A stretch of DNA of 63,961 bases, the filler included, from Intoshia linei (taxonomy: Eukaryota > Animalia > Orthonectida): assembly GCA_001642005.1 (NCBI GenBank). It is 6 parts of 6 records of this genome, joined end to end, with 100 filler letters (N's around TTAATTAATTAA, not from the genome) between each part and the next. Parts side by side here need not be neighbours in the genome. Positions count along the whole stretch, not along the records: positions 1 to 28,598 come from LWCA01000406.1; positions 28,699 to 40,851 come from LWCA01001100.1; 4 more parts are not named here. One strand, given 5' to 3'. This document shows, one piece after another, positions 14,048 to 29,731 of this stretch (positions are counted from its first letter, which is position 1; each line of letters starts with the position of its first letter). The translations under genes were made by a program, and so were the position numbers. The notes beneath the pieces are model-generated. The model saw only the letters and a program-made list of their open reading frames with translations. It ran no database searches and was not told the DNA's origin.

Positions 14048-15055
14048 ATGTCTGAAGAAATGGATTCATCTGAATTAAGCCTTGATATCAGTTTTAATAA
14101 ATAATCAATATATGTAATTATATTAGATGTACTAGAGTCACTTTTAATGGCTCGACTAACACTTCAACCGATTGTAAAAATTATGAATAAACTCCCAAAT
14201 AGCAATGCATTTGAAAATTTGATTGAAGAATTACCAGAGGGATGTACCAGAATTAAAGAACATAGTTTAATAAAAAGTAATGGTTATTATATACTTTAGC
14301 TATTTATCAATTAAAAATGATGATTGAAAAATATGTTGGCATGTACGAAACGATATCAGAGATCCATCAAAACGATACTGATGACTTAATGGAAAAAATT
14401 GAAAGTTTCAATAAAAATGAATCGTATAAATATGTTAAAAATATTCAAAGTATTTATTTAGATTTGAAAATACTGCAGAGCATGAAATGGTAATTTAGAT
14501 TGATTCGGTTTCATAATATTTTATCTAGAATGTGAATCGTCTGATAAAGAGATCTCAAAATGCTCGAAACATTTCAAGATACCTATTTACTGAAGATAAA
14601 CCGGTAATTTGGGACAATTTGATTAAGAGATGTTTTGAACTATATGAATAATTTAAATTAGAAGGAAACTCACAACGAACAAGTATACAATGATATTGAT
14701 TTTATTCACTATTTGATTGAGAAATATTCATCATTGGCAACCGTATCAAATTCCTCTTGTAACGTGAAAGAATTGAAAAAGTAATTTTATGTATCAATTT
14801 TAACTTAAAATTTAGAGCATTTAACTACATAATAAAGGACAAATCATCAAAAAAAAAAGTAGATGTAAAATCTAGTAAAGGAAGAAAAGTTCGTTATAAC
14901 ATTCATAAAGAAATGGTAAACTTTTTACCAGTAGACCATCGAAAATATGCGCAATTGACACAAGAATCTAGGTATACGATTTAATTTTAAAAATGTTACG
15001 TTTTAAATTTAGAAGAACATTGTTTCATTCCTTATTCAAAAATGTGCACATGTAA
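14048..15055 (+). CDS. AATF: AATF/BFR2 (short form), multi-exon
   Basis: ESLLMARLTLQPIVKIMNKLP; TRAUB motif KVDVKSSKGRKVRYNIHKEMVNFL..RTLFHSLF. Confidence 0.85.
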
Positions 15056-15062
15056 ATACAAA

Positions 15063-15596
15063 TTAAATAAAAGACACATATTCTACCACATTACCTTTTT
15101 TGTAATTTTTTTTCATTGCTTTTTGTCTCTGTTTGATTTGATTGTTTCTGGCGGTAGGTAAATTGACACAAGATGATGAGCTTTTTTCTGGGATATAAGT
15201 GGCAATTGGGCTGGAAGATTGTTTTGGTTGCATTTGTTCAAAGGAGAAACACGATGTAGCTTTGGGACAATAACTTGTAAATGACGTAGAACCAGAATAA
15301 TATCCTTGAGATTCATCCGATAATGTCATTGAATTTTTTATACGTCTATAAAAGTTGTATGCAAATTTGCGACCTTGTGCGGTGTCGAGAGGTGGAATGT
15401 AATTTACTGTTTCGACGTCTGGTTCAGTATCAGTTTTATTGGGGAAATTTTCAATCAAGTTTAATGCTTTTATTGTGTCATATTTTTCTAATTTTGTTTC
15501 AATGGATATTTTTCGTTTTCGCTCAACCGTTTTAGTGTTGCATAATGATCTCTTTGTCTTCTTTTTTCCTTGTACAATCTTTAAAATGGACTTCAT
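15063..15596 (-). CDS. Hypothetical intronless basic Ser-rich protein, 177 aa
   Basis: Clean ATG-to-stop ORF of 534 nt in very AT-rich DNA; no recognisable domain. Confidence 0.55.
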   Translation of the reverse strand: MKSILKIVQGKKKTKRSLCNTKTVERKRKISIETKLEKYDTIKALNLIENFPNKTDTEPDVETVNYIPPLDTAQGRKFAYNFYRRIKNSMTLSDESQGYYSGSTSFTSYCPKATSCFSFEQMQPKQSSSPIATYIPEKSSSSCVNLPTARNNQIKQRQKAMKKNYKKGNVVEYVSFI

Positions 15597-15822
15597 TACT
15601 TTAAATTATTAAAATTGAAGTTATTCGTTTTAATTTATAAATGTATCGCAAATTCTATTTGAAAACTACTCGAATAAATATTGCGCCAATTGCGCTATAG
15701 GCAATAAACAATTTAGTTATTTTCTAATTATATATTTTGTCACCGTGTTAACACATATTTGTTTGTTTAAATACCTTTGAATAAACTGGGTTGAAAATTT
15801 GATTAATTACAGTTTTATCAAA

Positions 15823-18138
15823 ATGTCTACACGCGCAAAGGGTGGTTTCGTTGAAATTCAAAATCAAATGTACAATAAGTCAATTGATAGAGGATTCGAC
15901 TTTAATATGCTAATAATTGGTAGTTGATTGTTTGCATTTGTGTATAGTTATTTTTAGGACAATCATGTTTAGGAAAAACCACATTTATAAATAATATTTT
16001 TAATTCGAAAAAATTGACTGAGGATTATAATTCAAATTACTTTAAAACTGTAAAAACCACAGAGGTTATTATTATTTTTCTAAGATAAAAATTGTTTAGA
16101 TTTGTGAAACTCGATTACTATTAAAAGAAAACGGAGTCAAACTGAGATTAAATATTATTGATACGCCTGGATTCGGCCAGTCTCTGAATAATTCCAACTG
16201 GTTTTAAAATTTTTGTTTATTACAGTCTCAATCATTATCATCAGTATATCTGACGTTTTAATTAGATAGTAACAAATATAAAATTGTGTACAATTTTAGT
16301 TTGAGGATATATATAACACTATTATCAATCATAATTTAATTAAAAATTGCGATTGTGTTTATTTGTTTAGCATTCATGATAATTGTTTAAAAATATTTAG
16401 TTGTGATGTACTTATGAATTATATAAATACATGTTACAATGAAGCCATTGAAAAAGAATTAGCTTTCGATAGAGTGGTATTTGATAATGATCCTTGTGTT
16501 CACTTATGTTTGTATTTTATTTCTCCAAATTCACATCAGTAATCTAATTCTACATTATTTAATTATTAATATATTTAAATAATGTAGATTGAGTGATCTT
16601 GATATTTATGCTATGAAAAAATTACACAATGTAGTTAATATTCTGCCTATTATTGCAAAGGTAGATACATTAACAATGGAAGAGAAAAGTGAGTTAAAAA
16701 AAAGAGTTTAAAATATTATTAATGAAAATAATTAATTATTAGATTTTAAAAGATATTACCGATAACGAAATCAATATTTTTCAATTTCCCAAGATGGAAA
16801 AATGTGGAATTTCAAAAAATGTATGTACTATTTACATTTTTATAATAGAATACTAGGCACCTCTAGTTCCGTTTGGAATAATTTGTGGGGATATGAAAAC
16901 TAAAGAAACTGAAAAAAACAAAAAAACTAGGATATACCCATGGGGAACTGTAGATGGTAAATAATATTCTTTAAAGCAACATGATATTGTGCGATAAAAC
17001 ATTTGTTGAATAGTTAATAGAATGAGTAATAATAATCAATTTAATTGATAATTCCAATAATAAATTATTTGAAACATTAATTACGGTGATATTATAATTT
17101 TAATTATATAAGTTTCTTTACAAAAATTTTTACCTTTTTTCACTTTAATTTAGATTTAAAAATGTTTTATCGTGCGGTAGATTTATAAGTTTATATTATT
17201 ATATTATATAATATTATCTAGTTATGAATCGCGATTACAACGAATTTGAATCATTAAGACACAATATATTCGGGTCTTGCATTTTAACCATTATTTTACT
17301 ATTTTTTTAGAATCCATATGTACAGTTTTATTAACAAAACTAGGAAAGTTTTGTATGAAAATTTTAGAAGAGATACATACACTAAAAGCAATCAAATCAA
17401 CGGCGATTATTTTATGTAATTTTTATGTTTATTATTTACAAATTTTAGTGATGTCGGAGATTTGCTTATACCTAACATCCATGAAACAGATGATGAAGAG
17501 ATGTTGAAAAAAAGAATTTCTCAGATGAAAACCGTCTTCCAAAAAGTAATTATATTCAATGTGTCATGAATATACATTTTCTCAGTGGTTTTCAGTGTAA
17601 GTAACACATCACCTCGTTATGTAGGATGGCAGATTTAATAATTTTCATGGCCATTTTTTTTAATTTTACATTATTTTCTATGCATTTAAGATTATTTTCG
17701 TGGCCCTCAATTTTATTAAAATTTCCGAGTTTGATTTGACCTAAGAGCTGCATTTTTGTTTAATTTTATAATTGGTGTCGAAATGTAGGTATTACCTAAA
17801 AAAACGGGTAACTACTGATATATTTGTTATTTTTAAATGTGTATTGCCAATAAACTGCAATTATTTATCAAATTTTCCAGGAAATGAAAACGCACGAAGA
17901 ACGTTTAAACCAAATAGAAAGCCAGGTTTCAGAAATAATGAATTAATAATACATAATTAGTATGTTCAATCTAAAAGTGAAATGGACAACGTTTTACTAA
18001 AGAAAAAAACAGAACTGGAAGGTTTAAAATATGATTTTGAAATGGTTTCAAACAACAAGTAATATTTGTACTAATTTCACTATATGTCCAATTAGAACCA
18101 CGAAGCATGACAAAAAAAAGAAAAAAGATAAGAAATAG
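15823..18138 (+). CDS. Septin, multi-exon
   Basis: RGFDFNMLIIGQSCLGKTT (G1), IIDTPGFG (G3), VHLCLYFISP, IIAKVD (G4), RIYPWGTVDV; Lys-rich C-terminus. Confidence 0.93.
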
Positions 18139-18183
18139 TTTATTAAATTAAATATGGTACAAATAAACCAATGAATAAATACA

Positions 18184-20641
<2,458 letters not shown>

Positions 20642-21110
20642 TAAAATATATAAACAGAATAAACTTTATTTGTATGCGTCATGACGTCCATATATAACAT
20701 TTTAATTCGGATGTATAATTTGTTTGTTTTTATATGTAATGTTACAAACGATCTATTTCAGCATTTTAGGAATTGTGGATGTATCCAATTTATTTAAATA
20801 GGTCTTAACAACAGTTTTGTCAACGCAAACCGAGTTTTTATACCGAATAAATATCAATATTGCGTCAAAACAGATTAACATAATGTGCGATATTTATGAT
20901 TACAACAAGGCCCAATCATTATAATATTGCAAAAATATTTTTAAAAAATAAATTATTGCAACAATTTCTCCAATAACTGCAATATTTCATTAATATTTTA
21001 CTTAATACTTATTAAATAATTATTTTGTAAATTAACTTCTGTATTATAATATGCATAATTAATCGGTTTTTGGAACGTTTATCTATGAACTAAGAAATAA
21101 ATTGCTAATA

Positions 21111-21344
21111 CAGTATTCTCTCTATAACTCGCCAATCTTAAGATTGAGAAAAAGTTGGCGAGATAGAGAATTTAAAACTAGATAAAACCTTTAAATTAAA
21201 AATTAAATTGCAATAAAATATAAATTGTAAAATTTAATACAAAATAACTTACATATATATTTAATTGTAATTTGAAAAATCGTTTAAAAACTTTTAATTT
21301 ATATTTTAAATTAATGGCGAATTATAGAGTTGGCAAAAATACTG
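21111..21344. mobile_element. Tigger/pogo-type MITE
   Basis: TA|CAGTATT..ctctataactcgcc and ggcgaattatagag..AATACTG|TA inverted ends with TA flanks. Confidence 0.6.
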
Positions 21345-22467
21345 TATGTTTGATTAAAAAATGAAAGATGCGATTAAATTATACAGAAAAATGTTATTAT
21401 ATTGTCATTCATTTCGATGTAGAGGAGACAGGTGAAAATTAAAAGTAGAAATGATTTAATTAATTAACATACATGGTATTACTATAATTTAAATATAAAA
21501 TATTATCAAAGGTATCAGGGTTCATGCCTTGTCTCCGGACTGTGAGGACGAGCTTGACATTACGGAAAAATCGTTCACACTTCAAATTTAAAGTTTAAAT
21601 CGAATGTAATTTAATTGCATTTTTTTTAAATTTACAATTATTTTATTACGGACCTGATACAGGGATAAACATCGTATTTGTTGATATTTATTCAAATTTT
21701 AATGTAAATTTTATTATAAATATGAAGATTTTATGAGCCTATTACTTATATATTATCAGAGGTAGGAATCCTTTAGTCACAATGGGTCGAAAGGTTACAT
21801 TCTTGCAAATATTTTACCAAATAAATAAATACATTTTTTCAATATCATCCAATGATTAATTTAAAATGATTCCTTTTTTGTAGCGTCATTTAGACTGGAA
21901 AAAGTTTAATAAGATTATATTTATTGTAAAATATTTTTAAGGAGCATCATCCATTAATAGATACACACTGCAACATGTAACTCCGTTATTCGGGTATAGA
22001 CTGAACAAACTAATAGTTGTTGATTTACTTAAATTTCATTCTATTGTAATGGTAATTTCTACATTTTCTTATAAAAATACATTTTCACTAATCAGTATAT
22101 TATAATATCACGTCGAAAATCAATGTGTTTGTTCATCATAAAAATATAAGTATTAATTAAATATATGACAATTAGTTGAAATAATGATTAAATACAGTTT
22201 TAAAATAATAATCTGCTATCTAAGAACAATGTTTTGATTTAATTTATGTGATAATTATAGTAGGCTCATTAATTATCGGTCTGTACATCAATCTGTTTTT
22301 TATTAATTGCTGTTATTCGTTTAATAATAATAATATTTGACTTGATTCATCAAACTTTTAGGTGAGTACATATTTTTGCAACATAATTTATGCTAATAAA
22401 CACTAAATTATAAAATAACTTTTCATTAATAATAATATTTCTAATTTCCTAGATACAAAAAACATAA

Positions 22468-23485
22468 ATGACTGCAAGACCGTATAATTCTCAGTGTTTG
22501 CTTTCAAACTGGTACGAAGACAGGGAACTCCAAGACGTAAGTTAAAATGTACACATTTTTAAAAATTAGTTTGCCGATAGGAATTTCAGACAATTAAAAA
22601 ACAATAATAAATTATTAACACAAAGTTGGAGTAAAATTACAAATCAATTATTGCAAGATGTATGCATTTTATATTCAAATAAATAAAAAATTCAGAAATC
22701 GCCTTCAATCATTACCGATGGACTTAAACATAATCAAAAAGTTTGTTTAAGTGCAAAAAATAATGGTTCCACAGTAGCAATAGGAATAAATCAAAGTGAA
22801 TGGGTTCTAAATTGTCAATATGTCTCTGATGCTACTAATAATAAAAAAATTGATATTGAACCAATGGATGAAATTGACGTTACGGGTTGTAAATACATTT
22901 CTGAAGATTCGATTAGAAATTCCCGATTTATTTTCAACATTGAATCGTATGAAATGGTTAAATATAATAATGTTTAGTGTCGATGCAGATGAAACTATTC
23001 AATATGGTAAATCAATTATGATATCTGTTGAATTTAATGATATAAAAGTAATTTATACTACAATAATATAAATAGATTTAAATTATTAGTACTATCTTGC
23101 CAGTGAAAAATCATTTGTTAAATGTGCGAGCATATCCAGAAATAATTCTGTATACCTAACTAAAAACCTCAATTATAGATGTCATTGGATGTTTATGTAT
23201 GGATTTCCTGAATATCAATTTGAAATGATGCATAAACCAGTCAAAGTTAATTTTACGTAGATTATTTTATAATATTTTTAGTGTGATATGCTCAATTTTA
23301 TAATCAACAGACATACAAACGAAAACTTGAATATAGAAGACGCTTTACATTAGTTAATTTTTTGTTGATATTTGTTTAATTGTTACCATAGCACTATATT
23401 TGGAAATGAATATGAAATAAGTACAAAAAATGTCAAAGGATCAAAAAGTAATTTATGGAAATTTTCAGCAAGTTGTATTATCTAA
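22468..23485 (+). CDS. CFAP161: Cilia- and flagella-associated protein 161-like, multi-exon
   Basis: YNSQCLLSNWYED, TIQYGKSI, YYLASEKS..VYLT..CHW, IINRHTNENL, TIFGNEYEI, NLW follow the CFAP161 motif order. Confidence 0.75.
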
Positions 23486-23527
23486 TAAATAATTAATATA
23501 TGATATTATTGTGTGAAAACTAGCATA

Positions 23528-23599
23528 TCCCATGTGGTCCAATGGTTAGGATTCGGCGCTCTCACCGCCGCGGCCGGGGTTCAATTCCCCGCATGGGAG
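23528..23599 (+). tRNA. tRNA-Glu(CTC)
   Basis: Acceptor stem TCCCATG/CATGGGA, anticodon arm CGGCG-CTCTCAC-CGCCG, T-loop GGTTCAATTCC, followed by a T-run Pol III terminator. Confidence 0.97.
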
Positions 23600-23684
23600 T
23601 TTTTTTATTTTAATTAACAGTAAAAAAAATGCCGTTTGAACATTTAATTACTTTACACATACTTTTTCTAGTTGTCTGTGAAGA

Positions 23685-24488
23685 TTACGTATATCTATTT
23701 TAGATAAATTTGCCAAAAATCCACTATTCTTTGTTTCATTAATTGATCTATTCAAAGATTTGAGAAATTGCATAATGCAATATGATTCCTCTTCGCTATT
23801 AGATTGTATCCATATTCTTCCGTTCATTCCAATAGAAGCCTCAAATTGACAAATAGAACCAATATCTTCTAATATCTTGCTTCTTTTATGAAGTATTCTA
23901 AATTTAGATATAGGTATACTTGGTAAAACTACTCTCTACAAAAAAATAGTGATGTTCTCATTAGATATCCGGTATTTGATAATTGATCCAAACCATAGTG
24001 TCGTCCACTTTCGTGAATACATGAAATTTCAGGGTCTACGTGATCTGCTGCCAATATAATTACTGCGTACACTAAATCACCCCTCTAAGATACATTATAA
24101 AAATAAAAAACGTGTCAAACCTTTAACATGGGTCTTGTTTTTTTAGTTGCTCCTTCAAAGTCTAATTTAGACAAGAGGGCAATTTTGTTGGCATTAATAT
24201 CGACAATATATGACTCACTTTTGACACTCACAATTATACCAATTACAAACTCTCCAACAGTCGGTGTATACTAAAAATTATTATTACAAAAATTTTACGG
24301 AATGATGTATATTTTACCTTTTTCTTATTTGAGTCTATCCAATGAATCCCTTCATTATTGTAATAACGACCGCATAATGTAGAAATATATTTTTGATCTT
24401 TAAATTCTATTCCGGGACCAATCTTAACCAGCGTTTCTTTTAAATCTAACTCTTTTCCTGGTAAGACTATGTTTCCTTGAATTTTCAT
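23685..24488 (-). CDS. EXOSC3: Exosome component RRP40
   Basis: IVLPG, KIGPGI, YTPTVGEFVIGII, FEGATKKTRP, GDLVYA, PEISC, FEASIGMNGRIWI. Confidence 0.93.
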
Positions 24489-25285
24489 AATTCTAATTTA
24501 TTAGATATACTTTAAACTCACATATTATCGTAGTAACAGCTCAAATTTGATGCCATAGAAACTATATATAAGCCATTCACTAGCAAATAAAATATAAATA
24601 TTTTAATGAAGTGACCTACAGTAAATAATATCTAAGATTGATACTTATGGATAAACTTAAAATGCGTGTACAACAGCGTGAAACATGGATATTTGCACTA
24701 TTTTACATAAAAGTAAATACTAAAATGTACATTTACAGTTAAAAACCGTACGGTGTAGCGCGCAAGAAATATGATAAAATTTGAACATCTGTTTTTTAAT
24801 GATTTTTGTAAATATTTAATTAATATGTAATTTGTAATAGATTGAATAATGAGATAAGAACGTAGTTAACAGATATTTTCGAAATTCAAAAATATTGATT
24901 TTTGTAATTAGACATAAATTGCATTCAAAATACGAATAAAATGTTAAGGTGTTACAAATTGAACGTATTATTTATGTTATACATTTATGGTATTAATAAA
25001 TTGTAAATTATACTTACAGAAGGGTGCTTCACGTCTATATTCTGATAAATTAACAATTTAATTAAAATTAATATAAGTATAATTATTAATTATATAATTG
25101 TGATTAACACAAATAATTATATATTTTAAATAATTAACTCATGTTTTTAAATTCTAACCTCATGTTGTTTACGCACATTCAATAGAGTTTAATTTTCTAA
25201 ACATTACTGTGTACTGTTATTACTTTTTTAGTCAACATTGGCAAAGTTATATTGCATTCCTTTTGAGAAGGTATTTTAGAATACA

Positions 25286-26620
25286 CAGTTCGACCCCCGT
25301 TTGGGACGAACCTCGGCAGCAGGTACCCCGCCTTTTGGAAACTTTTTAAATGTTGTATGAATTGTTTTCATAGTATTATTTAATATTTCCTATAAATAAG
25401 TGTCAAATAAACCTCGTTTTGGGGAACTTTATTTTTTTACAAAAATTTTAAATGAAAATGGCATTTTTATTTAATTTTCAACCATATTCAAAATGATGAA
25501 CGATAAATTAAAATATTACACAAAATTGGAAAAAGCTCAATTATTAAAAGATAAAAAGTTCTCCGAACGAAAACTGTGGCTTTTTGTAGAATAAGCCCAA
25601 ATAATCAAGTGATGAATGTCAATGTTGATGTAATACCGTCATCAAGCACCTATAATTATTTTGTTGAATTAGATAAATCCGTGTTTGAGACATCTTAAAG
25701 TTTAGGAAACAAGATGTCCCGGTTAATGGTACGAAATTAAAACATATTGCTTTAAATGTGGCTACACGATTGAATATTAACAATTTTGTTGCCTCAAATG
25801 GATAGTTGGATAGATTCAAATCCAGGCATGAATTATTATTTAAGTCAATTTATGCTGAAAGAAATCATGTGATAAGTCGAATTTAATTGATTTTTATGCA
25901 TTTTACGATGAGCACATACGTTAATATAAAACTGAGAATGTTTTATATTATGACGAAACCGCTTTATCTATTAAAAACCTTCCAAAGAAATCATTTGTTT
26001 AAAAAAACGATGAATGTAAAGTAACTAAATAAATGAAAAAAAAGTAACATTATTTTTATGTTGTAGTTTGGAGGGGAAAAGCTACAGTCATTGGTAATAG
26101 GAAAAAGTAAGAATCCTCGATGTATGAAAAATTTTTTTCCATCTGATTTTGGAGTTTTATATAATTCATTGGTAAATTTATGGATGACAAGCAATATTTT
26201 TTATGCATGGTTGATGGTTTTGAATTGTGAAATGAAGGATCAAAAGAGAAAATTGTACTTATTTTGGATAATGCTAGTTGCCATAAAGTTAGATTGTTTA
26301 AATACTAAGTTGCTTTTTTTACCAAAGAATGCAACAGCTTTAATTCAACCACTTGATATGGGTATCATAAAATCGTTTAAAAACCATTATTATAATGTAA
26401 TGAGAGAATTTTTCCTAACTATGAATTGTGAAGAATTATCAAATTACCTTTCTAATTTAAACATGAGGCAAGCTATTTTTATAATTTTTCAATTATGGGA
26501 AAAAATAACTGGAAACAATTAAAAATTGCTGGAAAAATATAAATAAACACCGCGAAAGGACCCATATAACAATTTGTAATATAAAAACTAATGAAATCGA
26601 ATTTTTTATAGAAGAAGGTA
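25286..26620 (+). mobile_element. Decayed Tigger/pogo transposon
   Basis: CAGT start; CENP-B HTH remnant FVASNG*LDRFKSRH; DDE remnants YDETAL, IGKSKNPRC, FLPKNATALIQPLDMGIIKSFK; stops and frameshifts. Confidence 0.85.
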
Positions 26621-26814
26621 TATTTATATTAAACTATGACGAAGATTGTACATTAGTTTTATATATATCTTAACTACAATAGCATGCCGGATAAATATAT
26701 AATATGGATAAATATATGAGAAAAAAAAATTTTAAATATTGATATGATACGTCGTGTATTATACGATATTAGATAGATGTATATAATAAAAATTTATTTG
26801 ATACCACAAAAGTT

Positions 26815-28250
26815 TTATTTAAAAATAATGCTTGCTGATTCACCCTAAAAGTTATTTTACACAAAATATAATAATTAATTTCATTACCAAAGCACAATAT
26901 AGCCAATATGCAATCGTAAATATGAAAAGAACTATTAATATTCCAAATATAATTGGATATTTGAATCTTTTCCACCAAATATATATAAGTGTTTTAATCG
27001 GCGAAGTGTACCAACAAAATGAAGTAGCAGGACGACTTAAACATTAAATATAATTTACATAATAAATACTTGGGTGGCTCTAGCTTGGGATATTGGTTAG
27101 GTTCATCTCTGGCATTACCACATGGTTTTTGAATAATTTCGTTTTTATCAACAATTTCCATTTCCATTTCGATTTTACCCTAAAATATAATTTTAAAGAC
27201 TGGTTTATTCATAAAATACACGACAAATTTTGTTATTATTATCATCCTTATCAAAAATGGGCCAGAATCCACGCAATCTTTTATTTTTGAAAAGTGACAC
27301 TCTTTTCTTGTTTAATTGTTTAATATTACACACCTTTGCACTTTTTGCAGGAGGGGGCAAGTTGTTTAAATGCATTTCCAAGGACCCTAGTTTATACATT
27401 AAGTTTAAAAACAAAACTTAATTTTTACCCAAATAATCATCTCTTGAAATGACATCATTATCCCAAGCTTGTATTATAAAAGTTGGCTCAACTTGTCTTT
27501 CAGCAGAATTTAGATTCCAAAAATGTTCCTTAAAAGTATAATAAATAAATATATTATATATTCACATATTAATAAATACCTTTTTCTTAATTACTATGGA
27601 ACTAGTTGAAGAAATATATTCAAAGGGAAACTTAAAACGCCAATTGAAACTAGCTTGTCCATCAAGACATCTAAGTTTAAAGAAATGTTTAATTTTCGAT
27701 GTTTCAGTTGTATATATAATATTTATAATCATAAAAATTAATAATAATAATAAAATTACTTTAAAATCCGATTAAAATATAAACCTATAATGTACATCTG
27801 TTTTCTGGGTTTCATCCTGTTCCGATATCCACCCTTTTATATATACATCACTCATCTTTTCACCAGTAATGGATGTTTCATCCAAATGCATATCGACGGT
27901 ACCGTAAATACAAACTCGGAGTTCATATCTGAATATTATATTAAACGTATCTTGATAAATATTTACTCTTTTGGTTGAATTTTCTTTATACAAATAGGTG
28001 GAGGTGGTGTTCCATGTTTCAAATTAAACATATCCACCCATAAATGAATATATCCCTAAAAATTAGCTTAAAAAAATAATATTTACCTGAGGTATCCCAG
28101 GTTGGTCAGGATTATATAACGTTCTAATTTCCACGTGTTCAGGTACAACCTTTATAACATTTTGCTCTGATAATGTATTAATGGCGTGTATTGCTAAACG
28201 TTCTCGTAGAGATTCTCCAAAATGCTGATGTTCCACGTTTAATTCATCCT
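26815..28250 (-). CDS. Ferlin (dysferlin/myoferlin type), 3' exons only: last C2 domain and TM tail
   Basis: VPEHVEIRTLYNP.QPGIPQG.IHLWVDMF, YELRV, TGEKMSDVYIKGW, QKTDVHYRCLDG..SFNWRF, WDND..SRDDYLG, EPNQYPKLEPPKRPATSF.W, hydrophobic tail. Confidence 0.92.
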
Positions 28251-28598
28251 CTAAATTAAAAATATTAAGTTTAATGAATTATAATTATAGCATGCGATAT
28301 TTCCAGGTTTCGAATAAATAGTGAAATTTTGAATTATAAATATAAAATATTTTGATTTTATTAATGAATTAGTGAAAGACGTTCGAAATAGCGAGTATCA
28401 AAAAAGCGATCATCATAATAGCGATGTTAATAACATCGTATAGTGACTACAGTATAACCCCGTGTTGGGGCACCTTTTTTGAAAAGTGCCCCAAAAACTG
28501 AGCGTAATGATAATATTTTATTATGTATTACATTAATTGAACGTTGATAGTATTTAATCATAGTAAGAAAATTGATAAAGATTCGTTGATGGGGTATA

Positions 28599-28698
28599 NN
28601 NNNNNNNNNNNNNNNNNNNNNNNNNNNNNNNNNNNNNNNNNNTTAATTAATTAANNNNNNNNNNNNNNNNNNNNNNNNNNNNNNNNNNNNNNNNNNNN
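28599..28698. other. Assembly gap with six-frame-stop linker (also 40852-40951, 54698-54797, 61253-61352, 62715-62814)
   Basis: N-run + TTAATTAATTAA + N-run, the same at five sites. Confidence 0.95.
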
Positions 28699-29300
28699 AA
28701 CTTGAAAAACAGTATAAAAAACATGTTTAAGTATAAGGTCTAATATATGAAATTGACAACCTTCGTATGTAAACTCTGGCAAAATCTGTTTCAAATAAGT
28801 TATTACACTCTGATGAATACCGGTGTTGGAGCTTCTTGTGTCGCAAATCACCATTTATATTTGATCATTAATATTAAATAACTCCAAACATTTAGAATTT
28901 ATTGGTATATTGTAAGACCCTTACTATTATTTAATGACCGTAAAGCAATAAGTATTTAATAATTTTCTCCAGAAATACAAACAGCCAGTTTCTCAGTTTT
29001 ATGGCTGTCATATCTAATTATTCTTTTGCCGTCAAAATGTAAAAACAAGTTCTGGTTAAACGCAGCTACATCATTTATTAAAGTTTCTTTAACGGTTTTT
29101 AAAATTTTGTTTATATTATAAAATAGTGCACTTTTACTTGGTATATTTGATTCATTGTTGGACAGTTTTAGAATTGAATTGATTTTTCGAATAGAGGTAT
29201 TTGTAATAATGGATGCCATATCGGCTTTTTTTACTGATATAACATCAACTTGACCGTATTTATAATCTTTATCATGTAAGTCATCTGTATGAGATTAAGA
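28699..29300 (-). mobile_element. Decayed hAT-like transposase fragment
   Basis: LHFDGKR, ICDTRSSNTG, GCQFHILDLILK (CxxH motif); in-frame stops. Confidence 0.65.
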
Positions 29301-29731
29301 AAAATTAAAATCTTGGTTATTTATTTGAATCCATTTTTTTGTTTATAGAATTTTATTATATAATTAATAAATAGTAATGTTATAAATTTGATTTGAGTCG
29401 ATTAGAGTTTAATATACAAGAGAAAACTAAAGAATAACATAATATTACAAATATGGTTCCATGTTGGTCATTGTAAACTTATCATTTATTAAATATATTT
29501 ACACTACCAATATTTATTTGGTGAACACATTTAAAATTATTACTATATTCTATTTAAAAAACAAAAAGTTTCATTAAACAGTAATGTAAGAATGAACGAA
29601 ATTTAAAAAAAATTCATATTAAAAATATCTTACCATAATAAAGCATTATTGGTATTATTCTATATATAACATTAAAGGTAAATTTACTATATGCATTTTC
29701 AATATTTATATAGACATTAGCTATTTATAAA

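Noticed and set aside
28599-28698. TTAATTAATTAA motif recurring five times between N-runs
   Set aside because: Artificial scaffolding linker with stops in all frames; not biological
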